Below are positions 54,246 to 63,939 of a stretch of DNA of 64,000 bases, piece by piece. Source of the DNA: Bacilli bacterium (GTDB lineage Bacteria; Bacillota_I; Bacilli_A; RFN20; CAG-826). The notes under the pieces were generated by a model. The model did not search any database. It saw nothing but the letters and a program-made list of their open reading frames with translations, and was not told where the DNA came from. The stretch lies in assembly GCA_024408495.1 (NCBI GenBank), contig JAKSUY010000002.1, forward strand, positions 127 through 64,126, read 5' to 3'. Position numbers and translations under genes: made by a program. The first letter of the stretch is position 1, and each line of letters starts with the position of its first letter.

Positions 54246-57200
54246 CTACTGAATGTTATAAATATAAGTTTCGCTATCGATATTCATAGTTGTTTTAAGT
54301 GCTTCTTGATAAGCTTGTAATTGGTCAGTATGATCAGTAGTGACATCTTTATCCGTCTTATAGTCAATGATAATAGCCTTATCATCTTTAATAATTAATA
54401 AGTCAATTACACCATTACTGATTTTACGGTCGTTGTAGATTGCAAATGGTACTTCAGCGTGGCATTCATTACTCTTAATTAATTCATAGATGTTATCATC
54501 GATACCACTTATTTGTTTAAATCCGGTTGAATAGATTGTGTTATAAACTTTTTTAAGTTGTTCTAATAAATGCATAGCATCGTATTCTTTAGCAATCGTC
54601 TCACAAATGGAGATATCTAACTTATTAGTTTTACTTATAACAATATCTTCCATTAGTTTATGGACAATTGTGCCAAAGAGAAGACTATCTTTATTGCTCT
54701 TTTCTAGTGTAATTGGTAATTTAGATTCTTCTACTACTTCCTCATCGTGTTTCATAGCGCTTATAGTGGAAGCGTTGATAATTTCGTAAGTCGAAGCAAT
54801 TAAATCATTATGGCTAGTAACAGCGATATTAGATTGATTAATGACTTCTAACGCACTTATATAACTAGGAGTATTAATAACATTAATCGCATTAACTTCA
54901 AACGCTTTTACTAAAGTATTGTTATTAATTAATGGTGACCACTTGGATGCACCTTTATTCGGTTTATTAACAATCAAGAGTTCTTTTGCTCTAGTTGCAG
55001 CAACGTAAAGTAAACGTTCATGCTCGGCTTTAGAATATTGCGCTTCTTTATCTTTATTGCCTTCTTTATCATCATTCGTAGATAATAGGGATTCTTTTCT
55101 TCCAGTAAATTCATCACTTTCACCTAAGATATCAAAATAATATATTTGGTTACGATCTAAATCGCAATATTGAGGAACTCGAGTATCAGTATTAATTCCA
55201 GCTTTAGTCAAAATCACAACATTTGATTCTAATCCTTTTACTTTGTGTAAATTAGCGATATGAACGGAATCAATTTGATTATCTAATAACGAAACTCGTT
55301 CGATTTCGCTTTCTTCTTGTAATCCTCTTAAATATAGAACTGCATCATATAAAGAATTAATCTTCCCGTTCATTTCTTCGTTTCTTAATAAAGAGATAAT
55401 CGCTACTAAGATATCAAAGCCTTCATAACCTAAACGCTCTAGAATAACTTGTTGATTGATTATTTCCTCTAAGATATATGATCCTGGTTGATCTAAGTCA
55501 ACACTAATTAAGTTAGCTAATAAATCACTTTCCAGATCAATACTTTTATCTAATGAGAAATTAAATAAAGGCGATGATAATAAAGAAAGTCGGTTAAATA
55601 AATTATTCTTATCAATTAAATAATTAAATAAATTAACTACGCTTACTAGCATTGAAGAATAAGAGAAATCAATGCTACCTTCACAGAAACAAGGAATCTT
55701 AGCTTTATTAAGTGCGGCTAAATATTTTTTAATTGCATCTTTAGAGGAAGTAATTAGCATAAATTCTTGATATTTAAATCCATTTTCTTTCTTTAATTTC
55801 TTAATCATATCAGCAACGCATTCGGGTTCTGCGGGCTGAGTAGCTAAATTATTAGTGTAACTATATACGCCACTTATTCCATTACTAGCCTTTTTACTTG
55901 TAGATGGAATATCTGGATGCTCTAAACTATTAAAGCTCTTAAAGGTATTGTTAAAATAATTAACTAGATCATCGTTGCTTCTAAAATTCGAGGATAAATC
56001 ACAAATCTTACCAAGCGGGTTAGATGAATCTTTAAATATTTCTTCAATAATGTCATAGGCTCTAACATCTGCGCCTCTAAAGTGATAAATAGATTGCTTG
56101 CGGTCACCAACGATAAATAAACGTCCACCTTCAATTGGTAATTTCTTCCAATCTTGATTTCGGTTAGAGGAATTTAATCTAAATAATAGTTCATATTGAA
56201 GTAAATCTGTATCCTGACATTCATCTAATAAATAGTATTTATATTTCTTTTGCAAATTATTAATTACATCAATCTTACTTTGATCATCGTTTCTTAATAA
56301 ATTAACCGCATAGATTAACGATTCTTTAAAAGTGATTTTCCCGTTTTCTCTTAAATAATCTACGATGGCATCCTTAGCCTTTAATAAGAACGGCATAATT
56401 TCTTGATAAATAATTTTGTTAATTAATACCATTAAACGATCATCAAGCGTATAACGTATGACTTTCTTTACTTCCTTAACATTACATAAACTATATAATG
56501 GATTTAATGTTTTTATATCAGCGGGTACAATTAAACCTTTAAGTTTTGATATATAGTAACGTTTACTTCTATATGAATATTTACTACTAGAGATATGACG
56601 ATAAATATAGGATGCTTGCTGTAATTGCTCATAAGCCTTCGTGCTATCTTTAACGGCATTCATTTCATTTGATACACCGTTTTTCTTAACATAATCAAGT
56701 AAAGCGTTTAATCCGGTTTCTAAAACGATTAAACTACTATTAAAAGATTTAATATCGCTCATAAGGCTAGAACCATCATATTGAACATTAAAGTTTCGAT
56801 TATTAAGAATCGTTTTCATCACGATTGGGAAGTTCTTACCACCTACATAAGAGTTGAACTTAAGCGCTTCGCTTTTAAGAGAGTATAAGTTATCGTGACT
56901 CATCTTATGATATAGGTCCACTAAGATGTTTGTAAATTCTTCTTCATCAATAACTTCACTACTAGTTGGAATATTCGCATCAATTGGATGCTCGGTTAAA
57001 ATCGTTTGAACAAATGAATCGATCGTGCCTAAGAAACACGTATCAATATATTGAAGTGCGATTAAATCACGCTTCTTCATATCTTCGTTTGGATCATCTA
57101 ATAAGGAATAAGGGTCATCTCGGCTCTTTAAGAAATTCGGTTCGCTTCTTTTTTCTAATTTGCGGTATAAGCGTTCATAAAATTCATTCGCAGCTTTCTT

Positions 57201-57377
57201 AGTAAAGGTAAGAGCGATAATTTCGTTAATATGAACATCATCACTAGACTCAATAAGCGCGACTACGCGTTCAACTAAAATTGAAGTCTTGCCACTGCCC
57301 GCCGAGGCGCGCACTAAAATATTCTCTTTTAATGAATTTTTACTAACGATGTATGCTCTAGTGCTGGTGTCGTCCAT
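54246..57377 (-). CDS. addA: ATP-dependent helicase/nuclease subunit A (AddA/RexA)
   Basis: UvrD-type motifs ASAGSGKTS, LDECQDT, VGDRKQSIYHFRGA and YVAATRAKE. The C-terminal RecB-type nuclease is GVIDLLIIKDDKAIIIDYKTD. Confidence 0.85.
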   Translation of the reverse strand: MDDTSTRAYIVSKNSLKENILVRASAGSGKTSILVERVVALIESSDDVHINEIIALTFTKKAANEFYERLYRKLEKRSEPNFLKSRDDPYSLLDDPNEDMKKRDLIALQYIDTCFLGTIDSFVQTILTEHPIDANIPTSSEVIDEEEFTNILVDLYHKMSHDNLYSLKSEALKFNSYVGGKNFPIVMKTILNNRNFNVQYDGSSLMSDIKSFNSSLIVLETGLNALLDYVKKNGVSNEMNAVKDSTKAYEQLQQASYIYRHISSSKYSYRSKRYYISKLKGLIVPADIKTLNPLYSLCNVKEVKKVIRYTLDDRLMVLINKIIYQEIMPFLLKAKDAIVDYLRENGKITFKESLIYAVNLLRNDDQSKIDVINNLQKKYKYYLLDECQDTDLLQYELLFRLNSSNRNQDWKKLPIEGGRLFIVGDRKQSIYHFRGADVRAYDIIEEIFKDSSNPLGKICDLSSNFRSNDDLVNYFNNTFKSFNSLEHPDIPSTSKKASNGISGVYSYTNNLATQPAEPECVADMIKKLKKENGFKYQEFMLITSSKDAIKKYLAALNKAKIPCFCEGSIDFSYSSMLVSVVNLFNYLIDKNNLFNRLSLLSSPLFNFSLDKSIDLESDLLANLISVDLDQPGSYILEEIINQQVILERLGYEGFDILVAIISLLRNEEMNGKINSLYDAVLYLRGLQEESEIERVSLLDNQIDSVHIANLHKVKGLESNVVILTKAGINTDTRVPQYCDLDRNQIYYFDILGESDEFTGRKESLLSTNDDKEGNKDKEAQYSKAEHERLLYVAATRAKELLIVNKPNKGASKWSPLINNNTLVKAFEVNAINVINTPSYISALEVINQSNIAVTSHNDLIASTYEIINASTISAMKHDEEVVEESKLPITLEKSNKDSLLFGTIVHKLMEDIVISKTNKLDISICETIAKEYDAMHLLEQLKKVYNTIYSTGFKQISGIDDNIYELIKSNECHAEVPFAIYNDRKISNGVIDLLIIKDDKAIIIDYKTDKDVTTDHTDQLQAYQEALKTTMNIDSETYIYNIQ

Positions 57378-57383
57378 AATTAT

Positions 57384-59930
57384 TTACTTTCCTTTATGGC
57401 AAATATGCTCATAATTACAATATTTGCAAACATCTTCTTCTAATACTTTTTCGTTAAACACAGGGATTGGGAACGATTTATTCTTAATGGTATCCGTAAA
57501 TTCAGAGATTAAATCCTTTAGTTTATTTTGAGTATCAACGCTAAATGGATCTTCATAAGTAAAGATTTTATTAAAGCGGGTATAGATGAAGGATACTCTC
57601 TTTACTTTGATTCCTTTTTCTTTTTCTAATAGATAAGCGTAGATAATACCTTGAATATCTTGAATAAAATCGTTGTTTGCATGATCAATGCTTTTTGCAC
57701 TCTTATAATCAAAGATTATATAATCACCGGTATTAGGATCCTTCACTAATAAGTCAATTGAAGAATGAAACTTAATTCCCAAAATATCTTGATCTTTAAT
57801 TTCAATTTCCGCTCCTACAAATTCATAATCCTTAATTGCATTATAGGCGTGCACACAAGAAAGAATAAAATCATCATATTGATCGTTTGGATTCACTAAA
57901 GGAACGTTGAATTTAATATAAGCCTCAAATAATTCATCCGCTAAAGCAATAAAACTTTCTTCTGTAGGATATTTATTTTTATTATTAGCGTAGGTTTCCA
58001 TTACTAGATGAACTAAATCGCCAAACACTCCACCTTGGAAAATACTAATCGCATCATATTCTCTAGGCTTATCCGCATATAGGACGTTAGTTAAATAAAA
58101 TCTTAATTTACATTTTAAATAAGTAGATAAAGCGCTAGGAGAATATCCTTTAGTAAGTAAATCGTTTGGATGAAGTGGCTGAGCAATATTAGGCCTAACA
58201 ATGCTAATTTCTTTATTGTCTTTAAATAATTCACTCATTTTTCTTAAACTAGATATTTGATTATCAAACTGTTTAGCGGATTCTCTAGAATCTTTAATCG
58301 AGAAACCGATTTTATGTGCATATTCAAAGACTACACTACTTGGATTAACATCTTTTACTTCTTCTATGTTCTTGCAAGAATAAGTAAGATGAACATTCAC
58401 GCCCAACGATTTATAAATATTAATTAAACTAATTAAGTATTCTCTTTTTTGAATAATACGTTCATCACTTTTACTATTAGAGCCCGTTAATAAATGATAG
58501 GCCTCATTATTCATTAAATAATCTTCGATGGGTTTGCCAGGGAAGTTCGCAGCACTTAATCCAACAATATAAATATGAGGTCTAACGGTAGATAAGGCTC
58601 GAGAAATAGTAGTAACGTGAAGCGCACCGCTTTTAAAAGCCTTACCTAATAGATATTTATCCTTCATTTCTTCTAGATAAGTATTAATAAAGCTTTTATT
58701 CACTAAGCCGTTAGCCTGATTAATCGTATCTAAGATATAAGTAGAAGCTAATTCATTAAAGTCCTTATAAGAATCGGATGGGATATTCGTATAATTTTTA
58801 ATGATATAAGGTAAACCATTTGAGAATTCTTCTAAGGCATGGAGCGCTTCTTGTTCAGCTTCTTTTTTAATCCACGAACGATGATCAACCTTATCGATAA
58901 AGGACTCTCTATAAATTGGATTAATTGATTGGTAATTCGCTAAGAAAGCATCATTACTATTCTTATCATAACTAACTTTCCATCTACCTAATAGATTAGC
59001 GACCGTTTCTAAACTTTGTGGTTTAACTAGTAAATCGCTTTTAAAACAAGAAGCCTTTAATAATCTAAGATAGCCATTTACATCATAGAAATATTGATTC
59101 TTTAATAAATCTAATAATTGATATAACGAATACGGCGTACTTAGATGAATCGGTAGGCCACATTCAAACGTCATCGGAATATTATAAATTCGACTATCTT
59201 CATTTAATAAATGCACGTATTTATCTTTTTTTGCTAAAACGATTAGACAACTATCTAAAGGATATTTATGTTCTGCAATATCAGATAAGATTCCATCGAT
59301 TTCGCTTTTCTCACCATAATAGGCCTTGATAGTATCAACCTTTGCATCTTTAATTAAAGTTTTGTGATATAAATCTACTAGAGATACTTTCTTGATGGTT
59401 CCTAATGTATTTAACAACAAGATTTCTAATGGTGTTAAGGTTTCTTCTTCCAATATACATATTTCTTCGTATATTTTTTTGTTTTGTTTAATAATCGATT
59501 TTGCTAATAAAACATCATCACATAAAGATCTTTTATTAAGTTCTTCTAAATATTTCTGATAAATTTGCGTCAAGATATTAATGTTTTGATTAGCTTTCAA
59601 TTTAGAAGCGACCTTATCTTGGAACTCTTTAAATTCATCATCGCTAGTGATATTCATTCTTAGGTCATGAATTGTATTAAAAGCATGACGAACGTCCGTA
59701 AACGAAGAGAAAGAATAAATATCACGAATAAAGCTTTCGAGTAAAAATAAAGCGTCTTTTTGATTAACCATAGACGCACGATTAAACGCTCCTAATCTTA
59801 AATGCGCGTTCTCTAATAAATCATTAAAACGATACACTCGATAATTAAAACTATTGACTCCATTTAAAGAAAGAGAGCGTAATAATTCCGTTTGATTTAA
59901 TAAATTAGAGTAGACAATCGTTTCTTTCAT
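57384..59930 (-). CDS. addB: Helicase/nuclease subunit B (AddB/RexB)
   Basis: The C-terminal nuclease is SIDLLVKDPNTGDYIIFDYKSAK. The Fe-S cluster cysteines are CKLRF ... CKYCNYEHIC. It sits immediately upstream of addA. No Walker A was seen. Confidence 0.8.
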   Translation of the reverse strand: MKETIVYSNLLNQTELLRSLSLNGVNSFNYRVYRFNDLLENAHLRLGAFNRASMVNQKDALFLLESFIRDIYSFSSFTDVRHAFNTIHDLRMNITSDDEFKEFQDKVASKLKANQNINILTQIYQKYLEELNKRSLCDDVLLAKSIIKQNKKIYEEICILEEETLTPLEILLLNTLGTIKKVSLVDLYHKTLIKDAKVDTIKAYYGEKSEIDGILSDIAEHKYPLDSCLIVLAKKDKYVHLLNEDSRIYNIPMTFECGLPIHLSTPYSLYQLLDLLKNQYFYDVNGYLRLLKASCFKSDLLVKPQSLETVANLLGRWKVSYDKNSNDAFLANYQSINPIYRESFIDKVDHRSWIKKEAEQEALHALEEFSNGLPYIIKNYTNIPSDSYKDFNELASTYILDTINQANGLVNKSFINTYLEEMKDKYLLGKAFKSGALHVTTISRALSTVRPHIYIVGLSAANFPGKPIEDYLMNNEAYHLLTGSNSKSDERIIQKREYLISLINIYKSLGVNVHLTYSCKNIEEVKDVNPSSVVFEYAHKIGFSIKDSRESAKQFDNQISSLRKMSELFKDNKEISIVRPNIAQPLHPNDLLTKGYSPSALSTYLKCKLRFYLTNVLYADKPREYDAISIFQGGVFGDLVHLVMETYANNKNKYPTEESFIALADELFEAYIKFNVPLVNPNDQYDDFILSCVHAYNAIKDYEFVGAEIEIKDQDILGIKFHSSIDLLVKDPNTGDYIIFDYKSAKSIDHANNDFIQDIQGIIYAYLLEKEKGIKVKRVSFIYTRFNKIFTYEDPFSVDTQNKLKDLISEFTDTIKNKSFPIPVFNEKVLEEDVCKYCNYEHICHKGK

Positions 59931-60013
59931 CGTGGTTATTATAACATAGTTATAGATATTAATAAGTGGGTGTCCTATTTTTAAGACATCGATTTTCTTA
60001 TATATAAAGTTAT

Positions 60014-60322
60014 ATGAATGATAGCCGTTGGAATCGATTAGCTACTGCAATCTTACTTCAAGCCGTTAGAGATTGGAGAGGACACGCTAAAGAATTAAAG
60101 AATATTAAGAAACGTGATATTGCGATGAGAGAACTTAAAAGCATTATTGATTTTATTAATAGTGAGTGGTTCTTATATCTCACAAATGGAGATCGAGCGC
60201 AATTAGATTATTGTAAGCGTCTAATCCAAGATATTGAAAACAAGAAAGATCAAAAAGAATTAACTGCTTATATGAATAATAGCCATCAAAGATTTATTGG
60301 AGGATTAAAGTATGGACATTAA
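60014..60322 (+). CDS. Hypothetical small protein
   Basis: 102-aa ORF, divergent from addB, overlapping the next ORF by 11 nt. Confidence 0.5.
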   Translation: MNDSRWNRLATAILLQAVRDWRGHAKELKNIKKRDIAMRELKSIIDFINSEWFLYLTNGDRAQLDYCKRLIQDIENKKDQKELTAYMNNSHQRFIGGLKYGH

Positions 60323-60767
60323 AGAAGTGTATGATTTATTAGTGAAACAATGGGATAAGATTGAATTCCGTTATCACGAAAACCCTAAAGAACATGAATA
60401 TTCTTATATTATGTCTTACTTTCAACACAAAAAGACTAATATCGGATTCTATGTAAGAACAAAATTAATTAGCGATAATCTTCTTTTAGATTTTAGCTTT
60501 GGAAAAATTAATAATTATAACCAAGCGATTTATTACGTTAATGAATTTAACAAGAATACCGCTTCTTGTTATAAAGCATATATCAACGATAATAAGGATG
60601 GAGATTATTTCCATATTACTTACGCAATTGGAGTCAATAGTCTAAGCGATGTGGATTTTCGCTTTAACCAAGCGCTTGAAGAAATAGTTAAAAAACCACT
60701 CTATCAATATATTAGCCCGTTATGTGCAATGCTAGAAAATGAAGAGCAATTTAAAACGATGGCTTAA
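60312..60767 (+). CDS. Hypothetical protein
   Basis: 151-aa ORF, translationally coupled to 60014..60322 and terminated by the hairpin of module D. Confidence 0.5.
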   Translation: MDIKEVYDLLVKQWDKIEFRYHENPKEHEYSYIMSYFQHKKTNIGFYVRTKLISDNLLLDFSFGKINNYNQAIYYVNEFNKNTASCYKAYINDNKDGDYFHITYAIGVNSLSDVDFRFNQALEEIVKKPLYQYISPLCAMLENEEQFKTMA

Positions 60768-60909
60768 AAAAGTTAACCAAAGGCGTGGTTTAGTTAACTT
60801 TTAGAAAAGTTCGAAAAAATTATATTTATTTATATAAATAAATATTACTAGTCTCCGTGAGTCATTTTAGCCTGTTTCTGCGTATTAATATATAGGAGGA
60901 CTATTTTCA
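60768..60909 (+). repeat. Terminator-promoter-leader module, copy D
   Basis: Hairpin GTTAACCAAAGGCGTGGTTTAGTTAAC (60772..60798) plus TTTT. A 24-nt AT palindrome lies at 60822..60845. The leader is CTCCGTGAGTCATTTTAGCCTGTTTCTGCGTATTA, followed by an AGGAGG SD. Confidence 0.8.
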
Positions 60910-61260
60910 ATGTCAAAACCTAATCAATTAATCGATGCAGTTAAAACTGCAACTGATATCCATAATGGAGATTATTCTTCTTTACGTGGAAAATATCTTG
61001 TAATCCGTGGTAAGATAAAAAAGACGAGAGACCATCATCCTGGAGATAATACTGTGAAGAAACCTACATTGAGTCAAAGAATGGATCAGTTAGATGGAAG
61101 AATTGATCGAATAGAAGTGTCAATTACTAAGTTGGCAGAAGAAATGAGAAATGGTTTTAAGCAAGTTAATACGCGGATTGATAATTTAGAAAAAAGGATT
61201 GATGGTATTGACGCTCGTCTTGATTATAACGGCCTTAAGAAATTACCTAAAAGTAGATGA
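60910..61260 (+). CDS. Small coiled-coil protein, paralog family member 3
   Basis: MSKPNQLIDAVKTATDIHNGDYSSLRGK... is near-identical at the N-terminus to the 16693 gene. The C-terminus is RIDNLEKRIDGIDARLDYNGLKKLPKSR. Confidence 0.8.
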   Translation: MSKPNQLIDAVKTATDIHNGDYSSLRGKYLVIRGKIKKTRDHHPGDNTVKKPTLSQRMDQLDGRIDRIEVSITKLAEEMRNGFKQVNTRIDNLEKRIDGIDARLDYNGLKKLPKSR

Positions 61261-61321
61261 CATAATTCAATTCTTTTTTACTTAACAATCCAATATATAT
61301 TTGTTTATAATTAATATAATT

Positions 61322-62206
61322 ATGAACAAAGCTGAATTAATTAATTTAACGAAGTCTCTTCTAAATGAAGTAGATTTAAGTAAAAGAAAAGATGACTTAC
61401 TTTATTTAAAGAAACAATATAAGTATTTTTCAAGTAAGGATGAAGATTCTTTTTATGAACAAGAGCAAACAAAGACCTTTATTGATTTATATAAAGAATT
61501 AGCGAAGAAAGATCCAAAATTAATCCAATCTCCATACGAAGAAAAGAAAGAAATCATCGAATTAGCGAAATCGCTTCTTTTAGAAAATAATATTCAAAAA
61601 GCCTCTAAGGATTTAGATAATTACACTTACGCTTTTAAAAATGCTGGTAAATGCTCTAACGAACAAGATGATGCTTTATGGCAAGAATTTAGAAGCATAA
61701 AAGATGAATTCTATAAAAAGAGAAAGACTTACTACGAAACCTTAAATAAGCAAAACGAAGAAAAGAATAAAGCGAAAGAAAATATTATCGCTAAAGCCAA
61801 AGAACTTTTAGTCATTAAAAACATTAAAGATGCTAATAAGCAAATGGATGAATTAATGGAAGAGTGGAAAAAGATTGGTTATTCCGGAAAAGATAGAAAT
61901 GAAGCCTTATGGGAAGAATTTTTAGCCGTTCGAAAAGAATTCCAACTTAAGAAAAAAGAAAAATACGAAGAATTAACTAAAGTCTTTGAAGAACGCGCAA
62001 AGAAGAAAGAAGAAATGATAGTAGAAATGAAAAAGCTCTTGCTAGATGCATATTTCACCGAAGAAGAAGTTCAAAAGGTCAAAAAGATGCGGCAAGATTT
62101 TAATCGCATTGGTTTTGCGGGAAAAGAAAAAGATGAAGAACTATATCAAAAATTTGACGGAATCATTAAACAATATTTTGATGAAAAGAAGTTCTATACA
62201 ATCTAG
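61322..62206 (+). CDS. DUF349 repeat protein
   Basis: Repeated (D/N)EALW(Q/E)EF...(K/R)(D/K)EF...KK units typical of DUF349. The start is moved to ATG 61322. Confidence 0.7.
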   Translation: MNKAELINLTKSLLNEVDLSKRKDDLLYLKKQYKYFSSKDEDSFYEQEQTKTFIDLYKELAKKDPKLIQSPYEEKKEIIELAKSLLLENNIQKASKDLDNYTYAFKNAGKCSNEQDDALWQEFRSIKDEFYKKRKTYYETLNKQNEEKNKAKENIIAKAKELLVIKNIKDANKQMDELMEEWKKIGYSGKDRNEALWEEFLAVRKEFQLKKKEKYEELTKVFEERAKKKEEMIVEMKKLLLDAYFTEEEVQKVKKMRQDFNRIGFAGKEKDEELYQKFDGIIKQYFDEKKFYTI

Positions 62207-62237
62207 TTCATTACAATAAATCTATTCATTTTTTATT

Positions 62238-62392
62238 AAAAGTTAACCAAAGGAGTGGTTTGGTTAACATTTTCTAAAACTCAAAAAAATATATTTATTT
62301 ATAAATAAATATTATTACCCTCCGTGAGTCATTTTAGCCTCTTTTTGTTAAGTATATAGTAGAGGCATTATTGCTTAAAGGAGACGAATAAG
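62238..62392 (+). repeat. Terminator-promoter-leader module, copy E
   Basis: Hairpin GTTAACCAAAGGAGTGGTTTGGTTAAC (62242..62268), a 22-nt AT palindrome at 62291..62312, and the leader CCTCCGTGAGTCATTTTAGCCTC. Confidence 0.8.
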
Positions 62393-62698
62393 ATGGCGAT
62401 AAATTATAAAGATTTACTTCTAAAAGAAGTCAAGGAATTACTTAAAAAATTACCCCCGAATGTAAGAATAAGGGTGTATTATGATGATATGGGTAAGAAT
62501 AAATACACATTGAATCAGATTGGCGATATGGTTTTATCATTAGGCACTCGTCTTGATAATTTAGAAAAAGATGTTAATTCTTTAAAACAAGATGTAAAAG
62601 ATGTTAATGCTAGAATTGATCGTATCGATACTCGTCTTGATGGTATTGAAGCTCGTCTTGATTATAACGGTCTTAAGAAATTACCTACTAATAGATAA
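62393..62698 (+). CDS. Small coiled-coil protein, paralog family member 4
   Basis: The N-terminus is different, but the C-terminus RLDNLEKDVN...VNARIDRIDTRLDGIEARLDYNGLKKLPTNR is shared with the family. Confidence 0.75.
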   Translation: MAINYKDLLLKEVKELLKKLPPNVRIRVYYDDMGKNKYTLNQIGDMVLSLGTRLDNLEKDVNSLKQDVKDVNARIDRIDTRLDGIEARLDYNGLKKLPTNR

Positions 62699-62701
62699 TA
62701 T

Positions 62702-63820
62702 TTAAAAATCACTATAATTCATATCAAACACGATTTTAGTCGTGTAGTTAGGATATATTTTGTTTATTTCTTTTTCTGCTAATTTAGTGATTTCATCCTT
62801 TTGTTTAACTAAGCTAAAATCAATTCCGATATCTAAAGATACTCTTTTCTCTTTTTGGTGAATAAATACTCCATGAACGCTTAAGACTCCTTCTTTATTC
62901 TTTAAAGCATCTTTAACCATTTTCCTAATCTTTTCTGTATTAGCGTTCACTGAATATAATCCAACGGTTAGAAAGATATCGTATTTTTTAAGAATCGTTT
63001 GTTGGATTTCTGTAGTTAAGATATGAAATTTATCAATCCCTAATTTATTATCTACTTCAACGTGCACTGATCCAATCGCAAAATCCGGACCATAATTATG
63101 AATCACTAAATCAAAGGCGCCTATAACATTTGGGATTTTAGATATTTCTTCTTTAATTTGTTTAGTGATATTCGCATCTGGTCTAATGCCAATTAATTTA
63201 GATGCTGAAGTTAAGATAATGGTAATGCCGGTTCTTAACACGAATATTGATATTAATACGCCTACAATACCATCAATTGAATATTTAGTCGTCATCGCTA
63301 CAATAATTGCAATTAAAGTAGAAGTAGATATAATCGCATCTAATATAGCATCGATTCCTGAACCCATTAATGCATCTGAAGAATATTTTTTGCCTTTAAC
63401 ACGAGTAAAAATTCCTAACGCTAATTTAACAACAATCGCTAAGGATATAACAATAAGCTGAGGCCAACCATACTCTGGCATAGTAGGAGTAATGATCTTT
63501 TCAATACTTTCTTTAATAAATAAGATACCAGTCGCTAGAATAATAGCCCCGATAATAAGAGAACTAAAATATTCAATTCTTCCAAAACCATAAGGATGCT
63601 TTTTAGTCGGATTCTTTTTTGATAACTTAACTCCAATCAAAGTAACTACTGATGATATTGCATCAGTTAAGTTATTAACTGCATCAAGAATAATCGCAAT
63701 TGAATTAGCAATAATTCCTACGACTGCTTTAGCCGCTACTAACAATACATTAGTAATAATACCAATCGCGCTAACCTTAACAATGTTCTTTTGACGAACT
63801 GTACTATTAATTTTCTTCAT
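62702..63820 (-). CDS. Cation diffusion facilitator (CDF) family metal efflux transporter
   Basis: Six TM helices with LDAVNNLTD (TM2) and IDAILDAI (TM5) metal-site motifs, and a C-terminal cytoplasmic domain. Confidence 0.8.
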   Translation of the reverse strand: MKKINSTVRQKNIVKVSAIGIITNVLLVAAKAVVGIIANSIAIILDAVNNLTDAISSVVTLIGVKLSKKNPTKKHPYGFGRIEYFSSLIIGAIILATGILFIKESIEKIITPTMPEYGWPQLIVISLAIVVKLALGIFTRVKGKKYSSDALMGSGIDAILDAIISTSTLIAIIVAMTTKYSIDGIVGVLISIFVLRTGITIILTSASKLIGIRPDANITKQIKEEISKIPNVIGAFDLVIHNYGPDFAIGSVHVEVDNKLGIDKFHILTTEIQQTILKKYDIFLTVGLYSVNANTEKIRKMVKDALKNKEGVLSVHGVFIHQKEKRVSLDIGIDFSLVKQKDEITKLAEKEINKIYPNYTTKIVFDMNYSDF

Positions 63821-63939
63821 AAAAATATTTTATAACATTTCGTCGATATTAAATAAAAAAAGCACAATCGAGATGAAGCGAACACTAAATTGTGTTACAT
63901 TTCAAACGAGAGTGCTTTTGTTTTACTCAATTATAATTA

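Noticed and set aside
16134-62392. CRISPR array interpretation of the recurring GTTAACCAAAGGAGTG.TTTGGTTAAC hairpin
   Set aside because: The copies are kilobases apart, occur in both orientations, carry promoter/leader sequence and precede genes. There is no regular repeat-spacer structure and there are no cas genes.
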